A stretch of 64,000 bases of DNA from Candidatus Omnitrophota bacterium (GCA_043732705.1 JAYTHE010000025.1:315-64314), one strand, 5' to 3'. Counted from the stretch's first letter, positions 18,303 to 31,000 are shown. A program made the numbers and translations. Notes: a model not told the origin generated them from the sequence alone.

Positions 18303-18722
18303 TTACTTCGCTTGCTTCAGCTTTTGATTAAGGTATCCGCCCTGAATCACCGGATAAGCAATGGTATCGCTCTCGTATTTACCTTCTTCACGCATGCGTG
18401 TCGTGATCGCGAGAAAAACGGAATCTTCGGTAAATTTTTGCGCATGCGCAACAAGCGGCGGGGTTTTGACGATATCACCCGGCTTCACATGGATAATTAG
18501 CATCTCTTCAGGCTTATCCAAAGGATGCGAATAGCTGTCATAAGCTCCGCTGACCAAATAGATATATTGCAAATCTTCTTTGTGATAATGATTCGCACGC
18601 ACGGAACCTTTTTTGGAAGTTATCAAAGCAATATGACGCGACTCGCCTTCGAAAACATTATAAATATCACCGCGGTCATCATGAAAAGCTGAGCCAATAT
18701 GTTTAACAGTTTCCAATTCCAT
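18303..18722 (-). CDS. Cupin-domain protein, likely an NDP-sugar isomerase/epimerase
   Basis: DDRGDI, RANHYH and PPLVAHA; sugar-cluster context. Confidence 0.8.
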   Translation of the reverse strand: MELETVKHIGSAFHDDRGDIYNVFEGESRHIALITSKKGSVRANHYHKEDLQYIYLVSGAYDSYSHPLDKPEEMLIIHVKPGDIVKTPPLVAHAQKFTEDSVFLAITTRMREEGKYESDTIAYPVIQGGYLNQKLKQAK

Positions 18723-18765
18723 TTTTACTCCTGTTTTGAGTCGTGTGTCGTGAGTCTTGAGAAAA

Positions 18766-19119
18766 TCACAATTTTTTGACCAATGTTTGAATCATTTTGC
18801 ACAAATATTCGATTTCAGTCATAACAAGCTGATAATCAGAGACATTTAAATAGTTTTGCCGCTTACATATTTCAATTTGCGTTTCAACTTCACCGCTTGA
18901 GCCAAGTGCGATGCTCAGAAAATTCCTGTACTCTTTCCTATGCTTGCGTCTAAAACCTTCGGCTATATTACTTGGAATTGAAACTGCGGCACGACGTAAC
19001 TGCGATATTAAATTAAAATTTTCATGTGAAGGAAATTTTTCTGTGACTTTATAAATAAGATCAACTACGTCCATTGCCTTTTGCCAAATCCGTAAATCGC
19101 GAAACGATTGAATGCTCAA
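18766..19119 (-). CDS. Four-helix-bundle protein (23S rRNA-IVP/bAvd-like, TIGR02436 type)
   Basis: SFRDLRIWQKA, FPSHE, QLRRAAVSIPSNIAEG and GSSGEVETQ. Confidence 0.95.
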   Translation of the reverse strand: MSIQSFRDLRIWQKAMDVVDLIYKVTEKFPSHENFNLISQLRRAAVSIPSNIAEGFRRKHRKEYRNFLSIALGSSGEVETQIEICKRQNYLNVSDYQLVMTEIEYLCKMIQTLVKKL

Positions 19120-19136
19120 GACTCATCCCTCCCGAC

Positions 19137-20198
19137 TCACGACTTCTCTTGAAACCAGGTGATCGTGCGCTTCAATCCCGTATCAAGATCATATTTAGGT
19201 TTAAAGCCGGTGATTTTTGTAATTTTTGAAATATCCGGACAGCGGCGCTTCGGATCGCTGTTTGCATACACTTCATGCGGCGGATCGATGTTGACGATGT
19301 CCACCTTAAACGGCATGTTCTGCACAACCTTCTTAGCGAGTTCTTTAACCGAAATTTCAGGATCGGGATTACCGATATTAAAAGGTTCGCCGTTTTCTTC
19401 ACAAAAGAGCACCCGGAAAATACCTTCAATTTGATCGTTGATATAACAGAAAGAGCGGGTATTGCGGCCCTCACCATGAATCGGCAGCGGCTCCTTGCGT
19501 AAAGCATGCTCAATAAAGTTCGGCAGCACGCGGTAATCATCGGGACGAATACCGGGACCGTAAACGTTGAAAGGCCGCACCATTTTGGCCGGAACACCGT
19601 AAACTTTCCAATAAGCTTCGCACATGGTTTCACCGAAGCGCTTCGATTCATCGTAACAAGCGCGGGCGCCTAAAACCGAGACATTACCGCGATAACCTTC
19701 TGCGGTCGGAACATGTTTGGGATCGGGATCGCCATAAACTTCGCTGGAACTCATAAAAACAAAGCTCTTCACCTCTTTCGCACGCGCGAGATCAAGCATC
19801 TGGCGTGTGCCGACAGTGCCGACATCCATGGTTTCAATCGGAAACTTGGTGTAATAGGCGGGCGATGCAATGCCTGCGGCATGAATAATATAGTCAATTT
19901 TTTCATCCGTCTTAAAAGGCTCAATGACGTTATGCTTAATAAATTTGATATTTTGGTCGGAAATAATTTCCTGCTCATAACCGGTAATAAAGTTGTCGAG
20001 TAAAATAGCTTTAAGGGGTTCGGTTAAAACGCGTTCGTTCAGATGCTTGAGGAGCAGAACCACATACTTCCCGAGAAAACCACCCGCGCCCGTCAGCAGA
20101 AAAGTCTTACCGGAAAAAAACTTGTGGTGATCTTTTAAAGATTTGGCGAGCAGCTCAATATCTTCCTGAATGATTTTGGACTTAATCGATCGCTTCAT
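19137..20198 (-). CDS. NAD-dependent epimerase/dehydratase (UDP-glucuronate decarboxylase-like)
   Basis: GAGGFLG, SSSEVYGDP, RACYDESKR, TRSFCY and DPKRRCPDI. Confidence 0.92.
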   Translation of the reverse strand: MKRSIKSKIIQEDIELLAKSLKDHHKFFSGKTFLLTGAGGFLGKYVVLLLKHLNERVLTEPLKAILLDNFITGYEQEIISDQNIKFIKHNVIEPFKTDEKIDYIIHAAGIASPAYYTKFPIETMDVGTVGTRQMLDLARAKEVKSFVFMSSSEVYGDPDPKHVPTAEGYRGNVSVLGARACYDESKRFGETMCEAYWKVYGVPAKMVRPFNVYGPGIRPDDYRVLPNFIEHALRKEPLPIHGEGRNTRSFCYINDQIEGIFRVLFCEENGEPFNIGNPDPEISVKELAKKVVQNMPFKVDIVNIDPPHEVYANSDPKRRCPDISKITKITGFKPKYDLDTGLKRTITWFQEKS

Positions 20199-20340
20199 GG
20201 AACCCCTTTTAATAAGACCTTGGAAGGACGCATTATATCGATACCTATCTCGGAACGCAATCCTAGGGTTTCCTACTCACTCTTAATTATTCTTGGAAGC
20301 TCTAATTTTCATAAAACAGAAACTGAGGTTTTATTTTTAC

Positions 20341-20405
20341 AGTATCCCTCGCTGACGCGAGTTTTGAGCGAAGCATCAACTGTTTGAGCGTCAGTGAGGG
20401 ATACT
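20341..20405. repeat. Inverted repeat AGTATCCCTCGCTGACGC...GCGTCAGTGAGGGATACT
   Basis: 18-bp arms with one G-T pair, in a divergent intergenic region. Confidence 0.75.
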
Positions 20406-20449
20406 CGGCCCGTCCGGCTGCGGAGGACAGAAGGCATGCGCCGATTGAG

Positions 20450-20547
20450 CTAAGTCTCATCCGATTTGTTTCTGAGATGAGACACAGCGCTGAGCCTTAT
20501 TTTAAAATGTCGCACCCCGACATTTTAACCTTGCCGAAGCACTAGTC
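20450..20547. repeat. Repeat family E (CACAGCGCTGAG...hairpin...GAAGCnCTAGTC); second copy at 48638-48736
   Basis: Shared 12-mer and end motif with a covarying inner hairpin. Confidence 0.75.
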
Positions 20548-20583
20548 CTTGACAGGGTGAAAGACGTCGTCTAAAAAGAACCC

Positions 20584-21843
20584 ATGCAATTCTTAAAAAA
20601 TCCCGCGAATTTAAAGAAAGCCGCCCTTTTCGCCTTGGCGGTGTTTCTCCTGATTCTGGGCGTTGTCACCGTTTTTCGCGCGGCTTTGTTTGCCGTTTCA
20701 CGAACGGACCTTACTGTTTATCTTCGTGCAAGCGAAGCTGTTTATACGGGCGCGGGCATTTACGATGTGCCCAATGCCCGGCAATGGCATTATGTTTATC
20801 TTCCTTTGCTTGCGCTTCTGCTCACTCCCCTGACAGTTTTACCGCTTTGGCTGAGCGCCGCAATTTGGTATTTAACCTCCGTCGCCGCATTCATCGGAAC
20901 TTTCCTGGGCTTGCAAAGTTTGTTTCCCAAACAACCTAAGTACTTCTGGATTATTTTATGCGCTTTTATCTTGGCCCTTCCACCGATACTCAACACCCTC
21001 ACACGCGGACAACTCGGCGGAATCAGTCTTTATCTGACCTTGCTTGTTTTCTTGCTCGATTATCGCGGCAAAAAATTTTGGGCGGGATTCGTGCTTGGGT
21101 TTGCCATTATTCTCAAAATGAGCCCGCTGTTAATTCTACCGTTTTATTTCCTTTTGCACCGGAACTGGCGCGCGCTGTGGGGCTGCTTTTGGGGCGGTTT
21201 GGTTTTCGGAATTCTCTTTCCTTCGGTTATTTTAACTCCCCAGCGCAACTGGGAATTTTTACTGCATTATTTCAAAATTTTATCCGAAGGCTCAAGTGAT
21301 CTCGGCTGGAAACATTATTTATGGCATGAACTTTTTACGCCTTTTGCGGAAGATAATCAGTCTTTTTACGCGGTCATCACCCGTCTTGTTTGGAAAAACC
21401 AGGAAAATATCGCAAATCATTCCAATACTTTGATTCGCGGCCTCAACCTCGGTTTGTTATTGGCTCTTCTGGGACTCGTAACTTGGGCTGTCACCCGCGG
21501 AAAAAATTTCGCAACTTTTCAGTTTTCGGCTTTTAAAGGCAAGGCTTGGACTCATGTCAGCAAGTTCACGGAATTCAGTTTACTATCCATGGTCATGCTT
21601 TTTGCTTCACCTGTTACTCAGCCCCACCATTACACACCACTCGTATTGCTCGGCACCGCTGCTTTTTTAAATATGGAAACTCATCCGTCACTCAAAAAAA
21701 TGCTTTGGAGTTGCATGATTATTTGTTTGATTTGTTTCGCGTTGGGAATGCTACTCGAGCCGCTGGGGGTCCTAGGTTTTCCGCTTTGGGGCAGTCTTCT
21801 GCTTTGGCTTGCGGTCCTCGGCACACGCTTCAAAACTGCCTGA
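20584..21843 (+). CDS. GT87/DUF2029 family membrane glycosyltransferase (GT-C fold)
   Basis: DLTVY, YVYLP, RGQ, ILKMSP, DNQS and HHY; many TM segments. Confidence 0.85.
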   Translation: MQFLKNPANLKKAALFALAVFLLILGVVTVFRAALFAVSRTDLTVYLRASEAVYTGAGIYDVPNARQWHYVYLPLLALLLTPLTVLPLWLSAAIWYLTSVAAFIGTFLGLQSLFPKQPKYFWIILCAFILALPPILNTLTRGQLGGISLYLTLLVFLLDYRGKKFWAGFVLGFAIILKMSPLLILPFYFLLHRNWRALWGCFWGGLVFGILFPSVILTPQRNWEFLLHYFKILSEGSSDLGWKHYLWHELFTPFAEDNQSFYAVITRLVWKNQENIANHSNTLIRGLNLGLLLALLGLVTWAVTRGKNFATFQFSAFKGKAWTHVSKFTEFSLLSMVMLFASPVTQPHHYTPLVLLGTAAFLNMETHPSLKKMLWSCMIICLICFALGMLLEPLGVLGFPLWGSLLLWLAVLGTRFKTA

Positions 21844-21865
21844 CTTCTAAACTCTTTTGTGCAAT

Positions 21866-22012
21866 GTCATTGCGAGCCGTAAGGCGAAGCAATCTGACGC
21901 TTTTTGTCATTCCCGCGAAGGCGGGAATCTAGGCTGGATCCCCCCGATCAAGTCGGGGATGACACTTCGTGTCAGATCGCCGCGTCGCCCAAAAAGGGCT
22001 CCTCGCGATGAC
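21866..22012. repeat. Nested repeats: outer GTCATTGCGAG...GCAATCTGAC / GTCAGATCGC...CTCGCGATGAC element enclosing a family C copy (21906-21963)
   Basis: Read directly; lies between convergent stop codons. Confidence 0.85.
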
Positions 22013-22027
22013 GAAAATTTTAGGACG

Positions 22028-25000
22028 CTATGCGGAAAACGCGATCACTAATTCCGCCATCAATTGCTGCGCGAACTCTGCCATCACTCTAAATTCTTTT
22101 TCTCCGAAAAACTCTTCACGCGACTTAATTTTATCTTCGGGAACTAAAAGCGCTAATGTCGGCAGCCCGGCATTTTTTGTGCTGTAAGCCGCGCGAATAA
22201 TTTTTTTATTTCCGGGCAATTTATTCAAAAACTCGGAGTAGCCGGCAATGCGGTCATGCTGCCCAAAAAAGATAACGCGTTTGTAATTTCCGCGCAAACC
22301 ACTAAAAAAATCAACCCTGTTTTCGTCCGTAAATTGCCTTTTCAATAAGTCGAAACGTTTTTGAGCTTGGGCGCTCAAAATTTTCGTTCGATTTACGCGC
22401 AAATTAATTTTGGAATTAAGCCCAAGCAATGCCACGTACTCATTAAATTGAGCTTCCGTCATTGCTCCGAGCGTTTCATCGTCTAAAATCAAAAGTGCGG
22501 AATCACTGATTTGGGTTTGTTTGAATAAACTTAAAATCATTGCGGCATGATCTTCGGACGTGAGTGGCGCGGATGTATCGCGTAACTCCGACCTTGCGAT
22601 GCCAGACTTCTCTTGATGATTTTTATAGCGCTTGGAAAACACTTCAAAAGCCCCTGCCATTCCGCGTAAACGGAACATCTCCTTGACTTGCGCCATCACG
22701 GCTTCGCGCCGTTCCGGCGGAACCATACCCAGAACAAAATCCACCGTTTCAAAATCAAATATTTCTTCTTTTGGCGGCAATGCTTCGACTGTTACTGGGT
22801 GATTACGCGAAACCATAATCAATTTATTTGATTCCTGCGATGGGAATGTAATTGTCTTTTCAAGACCCGGGCCGTTATTAATCCTGCCGCCCTTTTGGGA
22901 TACCCAAACGGCAAACATACTGGTGTCTGATATTTCCGAACTTTGAAAAACGATTTTTTCCAATTGTGGCGCTTGTTCTAAAATTGTTAGAATATTGGCG
23001 GTCTCTACCTGCCGATTGATAATCATTTCTTTCAGATTTCTGGCGGCGCTCAAATCAAACGGTATTTCATCCCATCTGCTGCCTTCGCGAATGACAAAGC
23101 GCTCCATATTTTGAGCACCATTGATCAATTTTTGAATTGCCGAAAAATCACTGCTGTCACTCCTTGCTACATAATCAAACTCTAATTCAAAATTTCTGAC
23201 TTGCGCCATATGCGGTTCAAATTCCGCTAAAAATGCGTGATCCAAATCAGCCCAATTATCAATTCTCAGGGCTAAGCTTTGTAATTCTCGGCCGCTTTTA
23301 CCCAATTGCGGCAAAATAAATTGCGCTGAACCCTGATCGACGTCTAATTTTTCTAAAAGCGGCAAATCCACAGGATTGCGTAGCACTCTAGAACTAGAGG
23401 GTTTATCTATAACTAATTCGGTTAGAGTATTCGCAAACTCATGAATCCACATCCGGCCAAAAACATTTGTTTTCTCTGTCGTCCTTATAATCAATCGTTT
23501 AATGGGAAATCGTAAATTTTGAATGAGTTTTTCAACCACATCGGTAAAATTTCCGCCTAAATTGGTCTTATCAAATCCCAATGAATGAATCTTACGGCCT
23601 CTTACCGCATCAAATACTCCACGCAAAAATTTTGCATCGTATGATTGTTCGCCGAAATAAAGCGAATCAAGATTGGGCATAACATCTATAATTTTTTTAA
23701 TTTTATCGATTGTTTTCTGAGTTGTCTCGGTCATGTCTAGCTTAATGGCGCGCAACTGAGAATTTTTTATAGCATCTAACAGAAAAGAAACTGCTTTCGG
23801 ATTTTCTTGGGCGGAATAATCAAAATGATCCTCCAAAACCAGCCCCTCTACCATTGGAAATTGTCTTTTTAAGTCTGGAAGAAACTTAGAGGCAAGATAC
23901 ATCTGCCAAATTGTTAAAAAAACTTTTCCGTCTTCAGCTTTAAATAAAGCTACACCGCTAAGCTGCATTTTTGCTAGTTTTTCGTTGTACTCAGCCGCGA
24001 TTTCTTTGGCGGATTTTTCGGATACCGAAGCTGAAGATGCGACCGACGGCGGTGAAGCCGGTTTAGTTTCGGAAAATACTATTGTAACTTCATGCAATCC
24101 AAAGGCATTCGCAACGAGATCAATGAGTATTTTAAACTGTCTGCCATGAGAAAGAAGAGACTGTTTGAGTTGCTGTGCATCGGAGATATCATTAACTTTG
24201 AATGCGATTTTTTTCAAACCGGGTAAATAGTCATTGATATCGTCAATACGCTCAATTCCAATACGGTTGTCGATCGTAAGTTCTTTGAGCTGCCGGAGTT
24301 TATGCAGACCCAAAGATTCAATATCCGCTAAGCTATCGAGATGAATATCGACCAAGGTTATTTTTTCAGCGTTTGGCACGCTCTTAATGTTGAATCGAAA
24401 ACCTTCAAGATCATCGGGGCGTGTCTGAACCGTGAGTTCCTGGATACCCCCAAAATAAGCGTTCAAAGTTCTCAATAAACCCCGGGCATTGGCATTCGAC
24501 GACACAAACGATAATTCTAGTTTCTTCAAGCTTGGCGTAATCGATTCAAAAAATTTCTCCGTATTGTCTACCACCGTATCGCCTGCGGCGGCGTTTAGAA
24601 AACTGCTGGATAGCGAAAGAGTTTGGATGGGGCGGCCCTTGATTGCATTCAAAACAATTTGCACAAATGCAGGGCTGTAGTCTGCTCCTCCAAAATAAAG
24701 CGCCTTTGTTTGGGACAGCTTTTCTAAGACCGTAATTAAATAATCGCGTCCAATCGTATCACTTTCATAAGCACGGCCCGTAAAATCACTGTCTTCTAAA
24801 TAAATTGCATCAAAATCTTGACGCAAACCCAAGATAAGAGTTCCTGCTGAAAAATCCAGATTGTCATCAAAGACAATACCGTCAATCTTTGGAAACTCTT
24901 TAAGAAAATCCAGATTGTATCGTTGACTATGCACATATAACGCTTGTTGAGCTTTTAAAAATACTCGGCCGTCATGCGCCCAAAAAATAAAATGGTCGGC

Positions 25001-28000
25001 GGAAGAATCGGGCGATTTTGTCTTAATTGTCTTGAGCTGTGCATTGTATACCGCCGCGCGATCTTCGGCAGATAATGCGGACGTCGAATCTGAGGTCGAC
25101 GCCGATGTCGGTGCGGGCTTCGGCAGCTCCGAAGGTGCTGCTTCCCTCATGGCTTTTACATTTACGGTGATTTCATAAAGGTTGCCCTTAATTACAGCTG
25201 CGTTCCAAGCATTATTAATTTCTCCAAATTTTGCGGTGATCGCGTTTTGATCGAATCGATCGTGAATCGTTTTTGCAAATTGAAGCGCATCTAAGTCAGG
25301 CAATCGCTCGATTACTTTTACGGCAAGGTCAATATCGATTTCATCGGCAATGACAAGGTCAATATCGACTTCCTCGGCAATGACAAGCTCCCGCAGTTTT
25401 GGCGTCGCGGTAGCATTCAACATATTTTTCTCCATAAATATTCCAAGATTGTGCGCGCTCACCGTCAAGCTTTCAACTTGCACAAGGTTAGTTCCGATAG
25501 GCTTCAGCAACTCTGTATGAGCTGTCATAGATAGCGTCCTCAACTGGCCGCTAAACATATTGATAAACTGAGACTCAACCTTCATCGTCCCGCTAATGAT
25601 CAAATGCTCAAGGGGCCAGCGGGAATAGGCTATTTTTTCTAAAAAAGCACGGCTATAAGCGTCACGCCACTCATATAACTCAAGTGTCGTGATACGACTC
25701 GCGTTAAAATGAGGAATAATTTCAGATAAATCCCCGTCACCACCCACATCTTTATGGAAATAAACGGAATTTAATTGTTTAAGGTGATCAATGACCCATA
25801 CTAGTTTTTTCTTTGCGTCCGGGATGGAATCGTACTGCTCCTCTTCTTGAATTTCAATCGCCGTAAAATCAGATTTTACTTGGAGTATTTTTTGAACCTC
25901 ATCCAATCCAGAGGCACGATCAATAAAAATACCTTCCACATCTTCAAATTTATTTAAAAAATCGTAGGAAGCAACACGAGTGACCCCGCTCCCAACTTGC
26001 AAAAATACTTTGTCGTCGCGACTCATAAAAAAACTTTGCCCTGTCTCAACACCCTCCGTATTTAATAGCTTCAAGCGCTCATTGTATGCCGCCGCACGGG
26101 CTCGCGCATCCATTTGCGGCGCGGCGGCAGATTCAGAGGAAGCTCCCTCAGTTTTTCGAATCCAATACCTAACGCCAACAAGTTCGCTTTTTTTATCTTC
26201 CAGAAACACAGTCAAATCATTGGGTTGCTGGGCTGCACCCTCCGCTCTTTCAACAAAGTGCCGCTGTATCATCGAGTCATCCAGCAAACCATGGTCAATA
26301 AAAAGCATTCGCAAATGGGGTAATTGTGCGAGCGCATCAGGAACTTTGGTTAAGTCAAATCCAAACGCCAGCTGGATGCCACTTAAATTGAGACTTTTTA
26401 AATTTTTAAAACGCGCCAATAAAAACGTCATGTCGTCGGTATTAGAAAAACCTAAACCTTGCAAATTGAGGTCAATTATTTTTTCGGAATGCGGTATCGT
26501 TTCCAGGATATGACCGGCACCCATTTGACTATTTTCAAAAGACCAATGCGTCACATGCGGCGATCCAAACCTGCTGAGCTCTATATTCTCTTTGCTTTTT
26601 ACTTTTCTAAAGGAAACGCGAATCTCACCCTCCGGAAGCTTTTCAGCAGTGATGTCTCCGCTAATGTAATCCCCTGAACCTTTATATGAATCAATTTCTC
26701 TTTTAATTCTTGCTAACGCCTGGTTAACGTCTTCTTTTTGTGGGGTTGCTGGAATTCGATGCGCGGCTTCCGCCTCCGCATCAAGCTCAAGATAAACCTG
26801 CAGATCAGGACGCGATTTGAGTTTCATAAGAACGTCCGAATCAGCTCCATCAAAACGGACGCGAAAAACTTGAGCCGTATCTGTCTTATCAGCTCGTTCC
26901 AATTGCTCTTTAATTTCTTGTCTAGGGCCGAAAAGCTCCTTCAAATGAGAAAAACCACCAAGCGCAAGCGATAAATTACTCGTGACTTGCGGAGAATGAC
27001 TAATGGAAATATTTTCAAGTCCAGGGTTTCGTAAAGTTAAAAGCGCAACATCTTCAGCAATAACTGTTTTCTCATACACCTCGGCAATATCACATCCTTC
27101 AAAGTAACGAATAAATGACCAGTCCGTGACTCCGTCAGCCCCGAGATTGATTCTCAGCCACCCGTCTTCTTCATTTGCATCAAAAAGATTCTTTGGCATG
27201 AAGTCGGGCGCGGAAACAAACGCCGGTAAAATATTTTTCATTCGGCCTGCTGCGATTTCAGATTTTATTTTAGCGATAATTTGCAAGTTGCGTTCAAGGC
27301 GTTTCGCCGGAGTTAATTGATAAACCTCTTCAATCGGCTTGCCATCAAGCCAAGACACCGCCGCTGGAAGATGCGGGGCTTGGGCTCCGGCCAAGTTGTC
27401 CTTCAGCGGCGGCTTTTGCGCATTGCCGCCAAATGTAAAAAGCTTGCTGCCTGTGGAGCCTTGCGTGAAATTAATTCTTATAAATTTCTCTTCTCCCGCG
27501 CCTTCCTTGTAAGGCTTAATGTGGCCCAAATAATCCCGTTCTTCGCCCGGCAAACTTAATGACCGAAGCGGATTTTGAATAAAGGCTGCCAGGTAATTTA
27601 TCGCGACCGGCGGGAAATAATTATTGTTCGACACTCCCTGAATTTTAAGCGACTCCGTATATTTTAAATTCGCGAGCCAGCTCCATTCATGCGCTGGAAA
27701 AGCCTGATTAACCGCGTAAGTTATATTTGCAAGCTGCGGATTATTTTGAACAAAAGTCTGCATATCACGCGGCGTAATCGACTGGCTCAAAAATATTATT
27801 TGGCCAATCCCGCGCAATTGCATTAGCAGCTGCAGCTGTTCATCAGATAGTGCCTGCGATATTGCAAGTGCAAAACCAGCACGATCAACATGCTTGCCGC
27901 CGGCACCGCCACCGAGAGGAGCGGGTACTATATATTGGCTCATGATAAAAGTTGGCGAACCACCGCTTGGTTCAAGTTTCATTTGATTAATAATTCTTTG

Positions 28001-31000
28001 ATTGTAAGCTTCCAATTCACCGGTATCCATCTTGTAGGCCTGCTCAGGATCAAGCTGAGCAGTTGGCGGAGACGGTTGCTTTTCCTCTTTTGCGCTTTCC
28101 TCATCATCCGTCCGCATCACTTTTTTCACACGCGGATTATTGGCAAGCAAAAACCTCTCGCCCTCGGAACCTTTTTTAAGGGAATCATCCGCGAAAATAG
28201 TTGAAATTCCGCGCAAGAAAGGCAAAGCAGCTTTTTCACGTGGCCCAATACTTGTAATAAAAAGTTTCAACCCCTTCGCACCTGGTCCGTGATCGTTTGT
28301 AAATATTAAGCTCATCTCAGATGCCATCGAAGAAGACATTACGTGCATGTTGTATTGATAGAGCTCTTGCTGACTATAAGCATAAAAATCTTCCGGCTTG
28401 GTAACAGAATCAATTGGCGGTTTAGCGGCCGGTGTTGGAGATTGAGGCGACAAATGTTTCAAAACAAAATGTCCGCCGGAATACGAACCTCTAAAGCCGC
28501 CTTCATTTCTATATTCAAGCTCGAACGCTCCCGGATGTCCTTGCTCAGATTTTTCAGCATACGGCCCCAATTCTGCCACCGTTGGCATCTCAAATAGCGA
28601 TAATCCAGTTAACCGTGGCGATTGAATGAAACGCAAATTACCAAGCGGTACGTCTTGTCCGAACATGACAGTTTGCAGTTCTTTCCATTCGGCCAACCAG
28701 GGCATTTCCGGCCAAGATCTAACGTTCACTGGTCTGGGTACATATTCCAATATTCTCATTCCCGGATTGTTTTTGGCGAAAACCGCTAAACTTTCACTAT
28801 CCTGGGGTGATTCAAAAAGAACGCCATCGATTCCGCGAAACAACGGCATCATTTTTTTAATTTCTGAAGGTGTCGCGTCACGACCCACAGTCAACATGAT
28901 GATTCCATCGCCACCGTAACTGATCAGGAGATGCCCCCCCTGATTATTTCCGGTAAGAATGTTCGCGTTATAGTCAGATCGCTCTACGGTGGAATACTCA
29001 TAATAAGCATTCGGATCAGCAAGCGGCTTTGCAGTATCCAATACCGGTTTCCCATTTTGTTTAGCGGGTTGCTTGGACGCAGCAGATTTAAGTTTGTATC
29101 GCCCGCGAATAGTATCACTAATATACTCAAAACCTTCCCCGTCTCCCGCCGGCTCAATATACTGCGCAACGGTGTCGTTTTGTGGTTCAAGGTTCGAATG
29201 AAATTTTTCAAGCGGCATGTCCTTGATCCAATCGAAAACGTCTTCTAAAATTGCCCCGTACTGAATAAGCCCAAAGTCCGTTACATTGCGAAGCTCTCTG
29301 ACCCATGACAATGTTTGTATGATTTCAAAATCTTTAAAGTTAGTTGCCGTTTTAGGAGCTACATACATAAATGACTCAATGCGCGGATTATTTCGAGCAA
29401 CTTGGGTCATGGTTTCGTGCGGAAGCGCATGCGCGCTAGTATTTTTAATTGACAATAGTTCCAAGCCGCGCAATTGCTTTAAAAGTTCCAATTGTCCGTC
29501 ACTTATCGCTTTGGCGGATTCATGCAAGATAATTGATAAATTGTTTCCGGAAGTTACAAAAACCTGTCGGTCTCTTTCCGATATCACATTGAGTTGGTGG
29601 ATGATCGCCGCGTTATAAGCCGTTATTTCCGCCGCAGACATTTGATAAGCCTTTACAGGATCCGGCGCGGTGAATTGATTAGATGGCTTGGGTGTGGCAG
29701 GTTTGAATTTCTTCCAACCTAATGGACTAGTTTTGCTGTTAACTCCCTTTCCATGAACCATCGCAATATGAATTGAGCCTGGGTCTGCCACATCTGCATT
29801 TTCAAAAAAGAGAGGTTCCACTTCACCCATCTTTTCCAACTGCGTATCCGTAAAAATAAATTGTCGCGCGCCGGCTAATTGCTCCAAAGCCCAGCGCCAT
29901 CTAGAAGGATCCCGTATTTCTGCATCTTGAAAACTGACTGATGCGCGCGCAAAGATTCCACTTACATGAATGTCGCCATAAAAAATATTCATTGCAAGAA
30001 ACTCTTTAACAATCTTTTGAATCGCGGCGGGCGAGCCAGGCTGCGGCGCTTCTAGCTTCGCTTCTTGTGGCGCAATTGCAGGTTTAAGCTTCATCCACTT
30101 GAGAAATGGATCACCCTGACTAAACTCGACAACTAAAACTGCTCCTGGCTCACCTTCGTTCGCAGGCTCGAAATAGTCAAACGCTTCGGATGAGCTATCA
30201 AACGCAAATCGTCTCGCGGCCGGCAACGCCCTCAAAACGAATATCCAATCTTCGGGGTGTCTTATTTTAAAACCCACAAAGTTCACTGTCACAGTCGCGG
30301 GATCAAACATAATCTTTCGATTATCCGCAAAGAAAGCTCTGCCGTTCAATTCTTTCAATTCCCGTTCCGTCAATCTGCGATCTTCTTCCAGCCTCGCATC
30401 TTCCAACGAATGAATTTTATATTTCTCGGTTTTTCCGTCGCTGAATGTGATCAGCACCGCATCTACTGCGTCAGACCTCTGTAAATACGGTAAGCATTCG
30501 CTTTGTGTAAGCGGAACCGTTAATTTTTTTAGACCCATGGACGCAAAAGCCTTTATCGACCCCGCATCTAAACTTAACGACCGTGATTTTTTTTCTAGGC
30601 CAATTTCTTCGACATGTCTCAATTTATCAAACCAAAAGAGATTTTTGGAACCGGGAACGGCCTTAGATACATCATGGAGAATGATTGCAATGCGCGGATT
30701 GTTAACGGCAAACTCATCAAAGCCGGCAACATCACTGCGAACGTTAACCGCATGGACACCACGAAACTCTGCGAGAAGCGCAACCTGTCCCAGTGACAAA
30801 ACCCCCTCAACTTCAAGATAAACTTTACCGCCGACTAGATCAACTTTCACGCGTGTAAAATCACTCTTTCGCTTGCCATTCAAAGCTAAAATTTTATCGC
30901 GAACATCATGGTTCCATTCCATCAAAGCCGTTTTATCCATCGTATACGCCGCTTCCGGATCGGGCGCTTGGGATGGCTCGGACTGTGTTTTTTTTGCGAT

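Noticed and set aside
18766-19119. Diversity-generating retroelement suggested by the Avd-like fold
   Set aside because: No reverse transcriptase and no TR/VR pair with adenine-specific mismatches seen in the window
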